Origin: the human T2T-CHM13v2.0 reference genome, Homo sapiens
Reading direction: 5' to 3' (one strand)
Length of the DNA stretch: 64,000 nucleotides
Assembly: GCF_009914755.1 (NCBI RefSeq)
Contig: NC_060932.1
In this document: one piece after another, positions 33,431 through 47,011 of the stretch
How positions within the stretch are numbered: position 1 is the first letter of the stretch
Layout of the letters: each line of letters starts with the position of its first letter
Position numbers and translations under genes: made by a program
The notes under the pieces: model-generated
What the model was told of the DNA's origin: nothing
Database searches by the model: none
Seen by the model: the letters and a program-made list of their open reading frames with translations, nothing else

Positions 33431-34139
33431 CTACTAATATTTTTCCTAAATGGAAGACCAAAATGGCTTCCTAGAAATTGACTAGGCCTGAGATCTCAAT
33501 AATAATAATTTATGTCTTTTACTCTTGAATAGTAATTTAAACTTCATGATGTGTAGGAACCTCTATAAATGTGCTGGACTATGAGCACCATAAGGGCAAG
33601 GACATTATCCGTATTACAACCACCATGCCTGGTACACAGCAGGTACTCAACTAAATTTGTTTAATAAATAAGTGAATTAATGCATATAATACCTCATTTC
33701 ATGTTCACCATCAATTTTATAAGGTACAGGTTTCTAATTCCATTTCCTAAATAGATAAATTATGTAGGTAATTAATAAAATTTTGGTGAGGAAATATGTA
33801 TTTCAATTATTTACTTTTATGGATATTGAATAAGAATAAATGACTCAAAATCGAGAAGAAAGAATTATAATTGTATTTACAAAAGAACTTCTTAATTCTA
33901 AGGTTTATAAAAATTAGAACTACTTTCCCAGAAAGGCCATAAATCTCCTACTCCAAAGATGTTTTAGGCCAAGTAAGATGTTGGTTTTAATGAAGCTTGC
34001 CTTCTTCAAAGCAGGGAGATGGACATGCTGAGCTTCAACAAATAGTCTATAATTTCTCTTATAACGCTGCAATGTTTCCTAGAAAAAGGAAAAGAAAAAA
34101 AAAAGAACATCATTCTTAATGTCTGTTTTCTTTTGCTAT

Positions 34140-34154
34140 AGCGACACCTACTGT
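34140..34154 (-). promoter_or_regulatory. Candidate CTCF motif
   Basis: Minus strand ACAGTAGGTGTCGCT vs core consensus CCA(C/G)(C/T)AG(A/G)(G/T)GGCGCT; CpG retained. Confidence 0.45.
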
Positions 34155-34375
34155 TATTGCTGGTACTTTGTTTTTAAGAAAAATATGTGGAAAAATAACA
34201 ATACATTTAAGCTCTAACAAAAGGCTGTGAATATGAATTTTTATTTTAGTGGTTAGGGATCTTTTCTAGCATCTCAGAAATGAAATATTAAAAGTAAAGA
34301 TTCAAGGGAACTTGACTGTATGAAAATACAGACTTTATAGCTATCAGCATTCATCCATCTGAAGAAATACTCTTG

Positions 34376-34478
34376 ATATATATAGATAGATGATGATCTA
34401 GATACAGAGATAGATATAGATAGATAGAAATATAAAATAATGTATGATAAGATCTACATAGATATCGATATCTATATA
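34376..34478. repeat. Degenerate (TAGA)n low-complexity repeat
   Basis: Direct reading. Confidence 0.8.
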
Positions 34479-35989
34479 TGAGTTTAGCTTTCCTACATGG
34501 TCTTCCATATTATCATAAAACTACAATAATAAGAATAAAATCACTCAATATGCATATTTTGAAGAGAACATTAGACTATGGCACTATGAAGGACACAAAG
34601 AAATAAAAGGATAGAGAGAAATATATAATAAGCAAGTTGGCAGATATTCTACACATATGCAAAAACAATATTAGAATATGAGTTTCATATATTAAATTCT
34701 ACAATGATTTGAAAGGAATCACAACTTGCAACTTTGGTCATCACACAGGACTCAAAAATAGCTAAGAAATATGAACCATATTTTTGGTTATATTTATAGA
34801 GACAAAGAAGAACAGGGAGAAAATTCTGGGCGATGAGAGGAGTCAAGTTTCAAAACAAAAGTGTGAAGTCAAGACTATTCAGTATGCATTAGAGACCATG
34901 CTTGGATTAATTTGCTTAGAGCTGAGATCCTAGAGAACTTCTAGAGTGAGCATTGAAAACAGTGGATTCATAACTTATCATGAAGTGTGCTGAATGCCAG
35001 GCTAAAGACTTGGTCTTTCATTCTATTTAGTGATAAGATTTTGAAAGATTTTGATCACGAGGATGATACTATGAAAGTAGCATTTGGGGGATAACTTGGG
35101 TGAAAACATAAAGGATCATGAAAGATAGAGAGAAATATGAACAGCTGAAGGTTGCTGTACAGGGATGAGATTGTAAGAATCTGAAATAGGCTGGTTTTGT
35201 TGAAGGCAGTAAGGAAAAAGCATAAATGTGAGAAATGTTGCCACGATTAAGTTCAAAGGATTTGATAAATAGCAAGAATACAGGTGTTTGGCTTTAGTGT
35301 AGATGTAGGGTACAAAAAGCAAGTAAGCAAATAGAATAATGACTCAGATAGATCAGCTGTCCTGCAGTCTCAACCTTTCAGGATGGCACCCAATGGGGAG
35401 GAAGGGTAAGTACCTCTAGAAGAGGAAAAAAAAAATCACACCAAAATTGTTAAGAAGAGAAGAGCTGAAAATTACATAGAATATGCTATGATTGGTCGAT
35501 TTGTTACATTAAATGAAAGGATACTCTCTCTAAATAGTTAGTAATGACTGTAAGAGCCAAGCCAATTTGCGCAAAATCCAAGCCGTCTGGACCAAGTAGC
35601 AGAAAAAAACAGAGAGAGAGAGAAGAAAAAGGAAAAATAAGCAAATGGCAAACAGCCAAGATGACAAGCAACAGAAGTGGCAGGGGAGAATAGAAGCATT
35701 GGAAGTGACAACAGCTGTCACTTTGACAAAAGAGAACAGAGTTAGCAATGGAGAGAGAGATGCTAGCACAACTCTCAACTCTAGCACGACTACAAAATTA
35801 AATGGGTATCATTTAATCATCATTATGATGACTGTTTACGTGAACAAAAATTAAGAACCCATGTAGTCGTAAGTTCAGATTTAGTTCTGAATGCAACAGA
35901 CAGAATGCTAGAGATATAGACATCTAGGAATGGGGAAATGAAAAAAATTTAGTGGAAAGAAAATCCAAGCCATGTAAGTCATCTCCCAA

Positions 35990-36290
35990 GGCCCTTGCCA
36001 TCTGTCCTATGGAAATGTATTCCTCTAGACTTCCCCATGGTTAGTCCCTGCACAAATATCACCTTCTTGACTTCACCAGCTAAATTGACCACTTCCCCAC
36101 ACAGGTTCTTTAGAGAACTTGCCACTACCTGAAAATATATTTTTGCCCTTATTTTTCAGTATTTTATTTTCTGCCTTGACCTGGAATGTAAGCTCCATAT
36201 AAGCAGGCACATTTCTGTCTTTTTTTTTTTTTATCATTGCATTCTATAGCATTGAAAAATGTCTAAATATTTGTTGAATGAATGGATGAC
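35990..36290 (+). mobile_element. L2 3' end
   Basis: 'ggaatgtaagctccatataagcagg...taaatatttgttgaatgaatggatga'. Confidence 0.7.
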
Positions 36291-36360
36291 CATATTTTCA
36301 CATTGATGTTCTAAGATCACACGGAACTGGCTGAAACTCTGACTTGGCTGTCTATAGGTT

Positions 36361-36897
36361 TATAGTAGACACTCTTTCTTCCCAGAATATTTTGGAAAAT
36401 GTCCCATCCCCAGTCTCAGTCCAAGTGGCTCAGGAGTCTGACCCCAACTTCCAGCACCAAGGGTGACATCTATTACAGGATGTGTTGCTCAGAGAACACA
36501 ATCACCCTGGTAACAGTGGATTGTTCATGGATTATCTTTGAACCCAAATCCAGTCAATTCAAACTCATCCCCAGGATTTTTTCCAGAGCTATCCAATCAG
36601 TCTGTATTCTGGGGTCTCTAGAAGTAGAATGTAAGTGTAAAGCAACCAGCATTGATTTTTGCTACTGCATAGGAAGATGCTGCCAGAAAAAGAATTCAAC
36701 TAGGAGGGAAAGCTGAGAAATGTTAAATAAAAGACAGAGAGAGAAAAAAAATTTCTGATGACATGGTTTGAATCCCTAGATCCAAAGATGCCAAAATTTT
36801 AACCTTTTCTACTTTCCATGAATATGAGACAATCAAAATTCTTATTTAAGCTAGTTTGAGTTGGATTTATCTCACTTGCAATAGAGTCTGGTTAGTG
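36361..36897 (+). mobile_element. LTR16-like ERVL LTR
   Basis: 'ccccagtctcagtccaagtggctcaggagtctgaccc' and end 'ttaagctagtttgagttggattt...cacttgcaa'. Confidence 0.65.
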
Positions 36898-36990
36898 AAA
36901 ATTGTGAGAGATCAAGAAAATCTCATTTCAGTTACAGTACTGAAATATGGCTGATTGATGGACAATTAGGGAGATATAATACTGCAACCA

Positions 36991-37339
36991 TGTCTTAGTC
37001 CAATGAGGTTGTTATTACAAAATACCATAAACTAGGTGGCTTATCAACAACAGAAATTTCTTTCTCACAGTTGTGGAGGCTGGGAAGTCCAAAATCAAGG
37101 CAAATTCAGTTTCTAGAAAGGGTCTGCTTTCCGGCTTATGGAGAGTACCTTCTTAGTGTGTCCTCACATGGTAGAAAGGGTGAGTGAACTAAGGATACTA
37201 ATCCCATTTTTAAGGGCTCTACCATTGTAACTTAATCACCTCCTAAAATCCCCTAACACCTCCTAATACCATCATCTTGGGGTTAGGATTCCAAGACATG
37301 AATTTGGAGAGGAAGGATATAAATATTCAAGCCACAGCA
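36991..37339 (-). mobile_element. MLT1A-like MaLR solo LTR
   Basis: 'tgtcttagtcc...aaaataccataaactaggtggcttat...ggaggctgggaagtccaaaatcaagg'. Confidence 0.85.
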
Positions 37340-39627
37340 AAGTGTATACACTGATGCTGTCATGGAGAGAGCCACGAAGACCCTAGCCTGATTCACTGGG
37401 CCAATGGCATATCTTTGAAACATCAGGAACATTGTCTATTTATACCCTGAACTAATCTACCCAATTAATAAATCACAATTAGGTACAGACAACCTCTTGA
37501 AGTGTGAATTCCTTCTTTCATAAGCTAAGAGCAAAGAATAAAGCTTTAAAAAGTTATATTCTCTCTGAAAGAGAAAATGACTGTACATAACTTGAAAAGA
37601 GCCAGACCTGGAAATGGCTAATGGATCAGCATGGTGTTCAATCTTCCACATTATTTGACATCAAAAGGGCAGCTGGTCACAGTATTTGTCATTTTTTAAT
37701 CAACTACATATCATTGAACATGACTGTACCAAGCAATTAGGTGAGCAGTTCTCAGTGAAAAGATGAATGTATTTCCTTACCATGTGTTCAAAGCTACCTG
37801 AAAATAAATATGTGTATATTGAGCAAATGCAATTCATTCATTGACAAGCATTTTCTGATGATTAATTTGATATTTCAAAATAGAACACATCAGAGAAGAC
37901 AAACAGCAACTTGAAAGAAAATCTGAAAACTTTGAAGGCAAAGAACTATAGAGTTTTTCCAATAGATCCAGATTGAGGCCAAAACCTCACTCATCCCCTA
38001 AAATCCAGGTCAAATGTCATTTCCTCCAAGATGCCTTCTTGGTACCTTCCCCTAGGAGGGGTGATCTTCCTTTCAATCATGTTTTGTCCCTAAATCTATT
38101 ATAGCACCCTCCACAGTACAGTAATTCTTATGTTTCCCCATTTACTTCCATTGCCCCAACAGTCAAATTGTGACCTTCTTAAAAGCACATCCCTGTAAAC
38201 CTAGAACCTAATACAAACCCTAGAACTAGGCAGATGAACAGTGTGAAAACGACAGCCAAATGAAGGTGTCCAGTCTTTTTGAAGGGTTCTACCTTGCTGT
38301 TCATAAGAGTCTACTTTGGCAAAACCTGCCATTATCTAGACAGTGAATCAAGTTCACCTAGGTTTTAAGGGAATAAAAGGGAATTGATTGTTCTAGTATT
38401 TGCAAATCTTAAATTTCTTATAACTTAGAAAATACCATCATTTTAAAGCTTCCAAAGATATTTTCTCCTTGTTACATACAGAATTTGAGCTAATTCATGG
38501 ATGAATGAAAAACACTTTCTGTATTTTTATCATCATTTCATACATTTAGTGAAGGTTAATTTCTGAACTATATGCTTAGCTGAAGACAGCAAAGCTATTC
38601 TACTGCTATAATATTGAAGAACTCACCCTGAGGAAGCAGGGTTACTAGCTGTTAATATTTTTAGCATTTTCCTCTCTCCATTGTTACCTCATTGATTCAA
38701 CTAATGAACCAGAATGTTTTTCAAAATATGAAATGTTATTAAGCAGAGTTCTGAGGGAAGCTGATTCACCTGAAGAAATATCAGAAGAGCTCTAAACTCA
38801 TTACAATATTAAAGATGCAATTTCTGTGATACTGCTTATACCTAGGATTCTATTCAGAGTCAAGTGTTTTAGAAAACTTAGAGGAAAGTATGACCTGAGG
38901 TCACATTTGCAGAATTGTCAGTATAGAATAATGAGTGGTTACGAGCACAGGCTTTGAAGTTGGCATACCTGTGCTTGAATCTACCACCTGTAGGTATGTA
39001 ACTTGAACTTTATCTCTCTAAAACAGCAATCAAATAATAATACTGACCTCCTAATTAAATTAGGTAATACATGTGAAATAGAGCATTCAATATGTATTCA
39101 GCTAATACTATTAATGCTATTATGAATATTAATACTATTGTTATTAATTTCTGATTATGAAGAATTTTTAGGCTTTCCTCAACTGATGCTTGAGTTCTCC
39201 TAAAGAATGCATTCTGGCATATACATTAAAATGATAAGGATTATTCCTCCTTCACACCCATCAATAAACTACAGACTAATGAAATAAATTATAATTTCTG
39301 AATTAGTTAATAATAAGTAATATAGAGTTGGATAACGTTAAGAGATGAAAAGATGCGGGCATCTATACTGAAGAGGAAAAAAAAGGGTTTTCTAGAAGAT
39401 GAGGTAACCACTTGGTAGAAGGTTCTTCAGCTCAGAAATGCAGAACAGAGCTGAGTGAGTGCTAACTCCAGCATTGCCCTAGAACTTGCTTTCCTGAAAG
39501 ATTAACTAATGCGAGCCTGTGTGCATGTGTGTATATATGCACGCACACACACATGCATGCACGTTGAATAACTCCATCATTTTTTCATAAAAGAAATGTG
39601 GATTATACAAATACAGGACTCCCAGGT

Positions 39628-39753
39628 AGGGTTGCCGAATTTAGCAATTAAAAACACAGGATGCCCAATAGGATTTGAATTTCAGATAAATAATAGATCA
39701 TTTTTTAGTACAAATATACTTTATGCATACCCTCTACACCGGGTTGGCATCCT
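39628..39753. mobile_element. MER53-like hAT MITE (internally deleted)
   Basis: Terminal inverted repeats 'agggttgcc' / 'ggcatcct'; 'caggatgccca...atttgaatttcagataaa'. Confidence 0.75.
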
Positions 39754-39925
39754 GAAAGGTGGGGTTATTCAACATCAAATTAATATGATTAGTCCTGCCA
39801 CAGAACCACTGGTAGAAGAGAATAAAAGATTATGAAAGCACCCAATTAAATGAGACTTCCCAAGAAGTCATAAAGAGTTAGGGACATAACCACCATAGCA
39901 CCCTCAGCTAAAAAAGGTTGCATAG

Positions 39926-40335
39926 TGTATTAGTCCATTCTCACACTGCTGTAAAGAAATACCTGAGATGGGGCAATTTATAAGAAAAGGGGCTTATTTG
40001 GCTCACAGTTCTGCAGTCTGTACAGGAAGCATGGTGGCATATGCTTCTGGGGAGGTCTCAGGAAGCTTCCAATCATGACAGAAGGCAAAGCAGGAGCAGG
40101 CACATTGCACGGTGAAAGCACGGGCAAGAGCGGGGTGGGAGGTGCCACACACTTTTAAACGACCAGATCTTGAGAGAACTCACTATCATGAGGACAGTAC
40201 TAAGGGGATGGTACTAAATCATTCATGAGAAATCTGCCCCATGACCCAGTCACCTCGCACCAGGTCCCACCTCCAACATTAGGGATTACAATCCAACATG
40301 CAATTTCGGTGGGGACACAGATCCAAACCATATCA
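39926..40335 (-). mobile_element. MST (MSTA/B) MaLR solo LTR
   Basis: TG...CA ends; perfect 5-bp TSD catag (39921-39925 / 40336-40340). Confidence 0.92.
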
Positions 40336-40659
40336 CATAGATATTCTAGAACATTACCTCTACATTGTGAGAGCACAGATACCATGGAACTTTATGATTT
40401 AACTTTCTGGTGCATAGTGGTTCTTAGTAAATGTATTTTATTCAATAATTAGAAACAAAAGCAACATCAGATTTCCAGATTAGCTCATTTCCCAAAGTAA
40501 ATGGCAGTATACTCTTGTGTTCAATTGGTACTGAAAAGTTGGAAGTTGTTAAAGGAAAGACCCTTAAATTCACTCCCTGCTTTCATATCTTTGTATGAAG
40601 CTTTTAAAAATAATTCTCTTATCTATATCTAAGCCTCTTTGTACCTAGCTATTGTATGA

Positions 40660-40950
40660 TTAAAATCTTTCAAAACCATTTCCCCCAGCCCTTTAATATT
40701 CTAAGTGTCTCTGCAGAAGTCGAGCATATGCATTTAGAATTGAGATTAAATTCCCTGAATGCTTTTGGCATTGTGCAGCTCTGTCATTCTCATCAGTATT
40801 CAGCACCAATGTCAATGGATAAAGTAGTTTAAAAAAAAGTGAAAATATTGCAGCAACTGAATGATATGTGGGATGTGCGGCTGTAATAGTGACAGAGCTT
40901 GAAGCAGTCTTACTCGATATGACAGAGCATGTAATGCACCTGAAATTGGG
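40660..40950. mobile_element. Probable MER121 ancient conserved repeat
   Basis: 'tcccccagccctttaatattctaagtg', 'agattaaattccctgaatgcttttggcatt', 'gtgaaaatattgcagc', 'atatgacagagcatgtaat' follow the MER121 consensus as I recall it. Confidence 0.65.
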
Positions 40951-42109
40951 CCCTGTGTAGTGACTAAGAGTTTCAATTTTCTGAGTCTTATAGAATTCTG
41001 TATTATGTTTGGCAGCTCTGTTTCACACCAATGGCTGGTTCCATAATGCTAACAAGTACAAAGAAGAGAAAATGTCACTTAAAAAAAAGGAAGAATACAA
41101 AAGTGTATGAAAGCTTCAAGCCCATAAAACCTAATTTCCTATGGGAAATTACCATTTTTCATATTGTTATGACATTTTCAGGATACTGCCACTGCAAAAT
41201 TTGTTTCTTCCCTACGCATATATGGAAAAGGTCATTCAAGGGTGTAGACTGAGGGTGAAAAAAGAGTGAGGCAAGGTGTGGCCAGACCTGTCTGTGATCC
41301 CCCAGTGGCCTTTCTCTCTGTTGCCCTAACCTGCACCCCCTACATCTGTTGTTAAAAACCCAGGAATGTCACATTCACAGAAGAGAGTTTTTTTTCCCAA
41401 TCAAAGATGAGTTTCTAGCAAGACTGAAACAGATGACCTGTCTCATTGGGCATTCCCTCCATCACTCCCTGGCAATATCCATACAGAGTGAGGAATTAAG
41501 TTGTACCATTCTGCATATAAAAATGAAAATTCAGCTCACTTTTTGATGGCTTTTCTCTGTCCAGTGTGGTTCTCGTTTCCTCCTTCCCTCCTCCCAAACC
41601 CCTGTTAAATTATTCCTGGTGGGGTTCCCCTGCCATCCCCCATGCCTGTAATGCAAAGGGTCCAGCCCCCTGGGCAGTGCATTGTCCTCCCAGCAGGAAG
41701 TTCCCAAAGACATGTGAAAAAGTAACAGGAATCAGAATCTTGTAGCCTATTTCATGCTGCCTCTGCCTTCTCTTCCTTTTCCAAATTTCTTCCTGCTTTG
41801 GCCAAATCTACACTGGCATTGTAGGTTCCCTTGTTTTCTTGCCTCCCAATTCAGCTGGTCTCCTTTTGTGCGTGCAGCCATTCGTCAAACTGATTAATTA
41901 CTGGTAGCTACTCCTCTGACTCAGCCTTAGGGTCCTGTCTTCTAATTTGTTCTCAGAGGCAGCCCTAGGGAGAGTTTTCTGTCATTTCTTGAGTTTTATT
42001 CTCCTGGTCTCACCTTTCTGGTCCCAAGGACTAGGGTGAACACCTGTTCTCCAGTCCCGTGAATAATGACTCATAATTAGACAGCACTTCTTTACGAGGA
42101 GGTGGATCA

Positions 42110-42290
42110 TGAGGTACCGAGCCCAGGCTTTGAAGTCAAGCAAGGGTTCAAAATCTTGACTTAGGCCCTAATTAGATGAATGACCTTGGCAAATTTACTT
42201 AACCTTCCTGATTGCCAGTTTCTACATCTGAAAAATGGGGATACTGCAGCTGTATCTATAAGGAGAGTGGTTAAATGAAGATTCAGATAG
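42110..42290. mobile_element. MIR
   Basis: 'tgaccttggcaaatttacttaacct...cagtttctacatctgaaaaatgggg'. Confidence 0.7.
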
Positions 42291-43269
42291 TACGTATTGG
42301 AACTATGCCCCTAAAGCTAGGTTTTCTCATTACAAAATTTTCTCATTATAAAATTTTATTTTATACCTTACTAGCTTTCACCTTCTTTCCTGCAAGAATG
42401 TGGGATTAGAAAGTTTCTATTGTCCATATGCCAAATATGCTGCTATTGTATACCCAGATAAACATATTTGGCAAGATTGTTGGCATACTCAGGGCAATTT
42501 AATGGGAAGAATTTATTATATTACAAACCATTGCCCCAAAGATGATAGTTGTGCTTATAAAATTCATTGGTCTCCTAGGCTTTCTGTGTTTATATTATTA
42601 TTAAATGTAACTAAAATCTACCAACAAATAAAAGGTTATTTATTTTTTAAAAGGCAAAGATATTTTATTTAAAATGTAGACTGGTTGCTGCCTATGTGTT
42701 TGTTTATGTGATGTTCCATGGTCACTAAAGGCAGATGCACGATGGTAACTCGCTCTCTCATACTGCTATTTGCATCCCCATCTGTGCTACACAAATGGGC
42801 ACAGTGGTAAAGTCATTTGGTAAGTCATGTTTCCACAGAAATTTGGGCCAAAACGTACATCAACCATACCATGTAATAATGATATGGTAATTGCTTCCAC
42901 TCTTCAGCCACCAAAAAATTACCTTCCTTTAGTCCTTTCAAATGCTTAAGGGAATCCCATGTGTCTGGGTCCTAGGCACTTCTTACCAATGACAGATGAC
43001 ACCCTAAGAAAAGGAGTTATGGCCAAAAACCATGCACCATATTCCTTGCTGAAAAATCACTCCCAGAAACTTATTAGAAAGTAGGTTTTTCAAAATGGAA
43101 GTAATCTAAAATATATTGCCATCTTTACTTATTGAGGTTAATAACTATAACAAGCATAGACATTAGACTATAAATGTTTATTTTTTATAAGGTTACTTCT
43201 ATTAGTATTGATATCAACCATGGGTATTTGAAGACTTACTTGGTAAGGCTATAGAAGACAACAATAATA

Positions 43270-43430
43270 TCTTCAATTATTGAACATGTAGTATTACATA
43301 CCAGATATCTTTTAATGTGATCCTTACAACAACCCCAGTGTTAGAGATTATTATTTTTTTCCATTTTACAAATAAGGAAACTGAGACTTACAGAAGATAC
43401 GTAGCTCGTCTTCACAGCTAGTGGTGAAAT
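43270..43430. mobile_element. MIR
   Basis: 'ccattttacaaataaggaaactgagac'. Confidence 0.65.
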
Positions 43431-43799
43431 CCAATTGAATTTCAATTTTTAAAGTTAAGGTACAACTACTAATCAAAACATGAGTATCATTTTGTCATTT
43501 AGACAGCCAGTTCATCCTCAATGCTCAAGCAAAGATCAAATCTGAAAGGCCGTCAGGGGTCACTCAAATATATAAATGAATGTCTGCTGTTAAAAGAATA
43601 GAAAATGGTAGGGTTTGTGGCAGAACTAGAGTATGAGTCTTCTCTAAAGACATTCAAATTCAACATTTTTTACACTAGCAATCAAACTAAACACATCTAA
43701 TGACTACATTCAATCCAGAGACAATGTGCTTAACATTTCAATCTCTAGACTAATTTAAAGGAAACATCAGCCTTGGAATATTTTCAGAACAAGCTATCT

Positions 43800-43964
43800 T
43801 GTTGAGAATTACTCACTCCCTGGGTGTCTCCCATGTATATGAGAAATATACATGTTAATGAACTTCTGTTTGTTTTTATTTTTTTAATCAGTCTTTCATT
43901 ACAGGGATCCATTTCAACTAAGTCTAAGAATGTTGGAGAAAAAAATTATTATTCTTCCCCTATA
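43800..43964 (+). mobile_element. 3' fragment of an ERV1 LTR (MER34/MER39-like)
   Basis: 'catgttaatgaacttctgtttg...ttaatcagtctttcattacaggg...ttcttcccctata'. Confidence 0.55.
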
Positions 43965-44069
43965 TAAATGTTCTACAGAAAGTAAAGCCTTCCTTCCTCC
44001 ATTTTCCCGAAGAGAAATAATATATTTTATTTTAAATTAGACAAATTGAAAGATATCAAACAAATCTAG

Positions 44070-44223
44070 TCTGGAATCCCAGCACTACCATTTACAAGCT
44101 ATATTAACCTAGACTTTAAACCCTCTGAGTCCCTGGAATGAACTTGGCAAGAATGTAAAGAAAGCACAACGAACAAGGAGGCAGCAAAAGGCAATAGGAC
44201 TGCTGAGGTAGGTCCTGGACAGG
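44070..44223 (+). repeat. Source copy of a ~154 bp direct local duplication (partner 45674-45826)
   Basis: Colinear near-identical sequence. Confidence 0.95.
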
Positions 44224-45673
44224 TTATAAAGGTCCATCCTAAAGGGTTTGGATGATAGTCGAGGAATGATGTGAAGACCAATACATGCTGTAAGCAGAGG
44301 AGCGAGGTTGTGTGGGTAGGAACATTCCCTGAATTACAGTTTTATCAACCATTAACCCTAACTCTCCTGTGCATGGTTCTGAAATCTGTGCAGGGTACCC
44401 AAAGTTTGGAAGTGGCAACCATTTATTAACATCATTGCTCTCTATATCAGGCATTTGTAAGTGTGTTCTACTTAAATATACGGTCTGTGCTAGGTGATTC
44501 ATTAAACCCGGCATTCATAAACTTATGATGCTGCGTATACTGTATGTAAATAATACTCAACATAAAGTGGAAACAGGAAAAAACACCTAAAGAAAACAAA
44601 TTTTTGAAAATGTAAATAAGTAATCATGGTCTTTCATCCACTCTTTCTACATGCTGAGACTCCATTAAATGACTGATGTGAAAGAATTCTAATGAAATCT
44701 GCAACAATACTAACAAACACATGTACAATAGACTCCTTCAGTTTTTTTTAATGTGTGTTTGTCACTTCAAAAATATATCTTTACTACCTGAGGAGAAGTA
44801 AAATGAAAGAAGTTTGTCATGCTGCATGATTTTGAATTCTCAAATGTTTAGAATAAATTTATAATCTTGATACACTTTATTTAACTAAAGAAAGAAAACC
44901 ATAGGCCTTAATAACAGGCATCAATGAATAGGAAACCAACTGCAAATTACCTAATTTGTTGGATTTGAAAGTATGGAAATAAGGGTAGTTTTAAAATCAA
45001 AGCTATTACATTAACAACACATCACCATACAAGAAAAATGTTGAGAGGTTGATCCCATTCCCACTCCAGCACGTACCTGAAACAGCTGTCCAAAGCAACA
45101 CACAGTTTCAAGCGTTTCTAGAATGTGCCTCCATCTAGAATGTGCCTCCATCATTGCCCATTAGCAGGAGTTCTTAGGTGTCTGATTGGAAATGACCACC
45201 CCTGATGGAAGCCAACAACCTCTACAGAAAATGGAATACAGGCAAGGGGGATAAAGGCTAAGAATCTGATAGTGTTAGTTCTGTAGCTACACACCCACAA
45301 GCAGAGTCAAGTTCCTAGGACTCTTGAACAAAGCCACTTTGTAGCCAGGATTGAGAATCACAGGCCCAGAGGCAAATGACAGTACTGTGATCACAACTGG
45401 AACGTGCACTTTGCTGAACATGGATCACAGTCTTGAGAAAGAAAGCAGCTGGGGACTTTTGCATATCACAAAATATGCACCATTGATTAAATAATTTCTA
45501 ATTACTTCCCGACCTATTGGGAGGGTTCTCATTATATTTGTTTGTTTTTAAACTTTTTATTATGGAAGCCTGCAAATCATATATGACAAGAGAATAGTAT
45601 CCTGAACTCCCAATTCATGATCAATCCTGTTTTATCTGTTACCTTCTCCCCAACTGTAGCATTTTAAAGAAAA

Positions 45674-46213
<540 letters not shown>

Positions 46214-46576
46214 AACCATAAAGCCATTATCAGTGTAATTAGCACATCATTGGGAAAATGTAAACTACATTACATACAGACCACAGTGGAGTACTCTTGC
46301 CCATGTGGATCTGGGTAATACCTTTAAGGCTTTATATGACCCCACTCTCCAAACTACCAAACAGGTTCTAAATTAATTTAACTTGTCCTAGAATGTATCT
46401 AGCCATAGTGCTTTTGAGAAACTATATTTTTGAAAGCTGATGGAAGACTACATATAACTGTATTTCAATCATTTTGGAAAATTAAAATGAAGACCCTTTC
46501 AGATGAGGAACTGAAGATCTGGTGTAGCATTCTAAGGTTTATAGGGAGATCAAATATCTCCATGGTTATTAAGTAG

Positions 46577-47011
46577 CGTTAAATAAAATTTATAGGAGGC
46601 CACTGGTTTGGACTGAGCTCCTGCACTAGATGAAACAGACCAAACCAAATCTAGTTACTCATCCTGAAGTTCCACACAACCACACCAAAAATAAGTTGTT
46701 TATCTGACCTTCCAAGAACCTGGGAGAGAGAATCCAAAACCCTAAGAACAGGTGGGTTTTAGCCAGCATGGTAAGGAAGTCCCCTCTAGTTTGAACTTTA
46801 CAAAGAAAGTAACTTTGAAATGACCAATCCACTTTTTCTTCTCTGTTCCTGCTTTCCTCAGCCCTTTTCTGCCTGTAAAGCCAACCTCCTCTGCCCAGCT
46901 CATCAAAATACTCATTCTACTTTATAGAATGAGGTGTGCCTGATTTTAGAATTATAAACAAAAGCCAATAAGATCTTTACACTAAATTTGTGGTAATTTT
47001 ACCTTTTCACA
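46577..47011 (+). mobile_element. MER31-like ERV1 solo LTR
   Basis: 'gttaaataaaatttataggaggccactggtttggactgagctcctgcactag'; ends 'ccttttcaca'. Confidence 0.8.

Noticed and set aside
42322-42357. Imperfect 16-bp tandem repeat (ttttctcattacaaaa / ttttctcattataaaa)
   Set aside because: Ordinary slippage in AT-rich sequence
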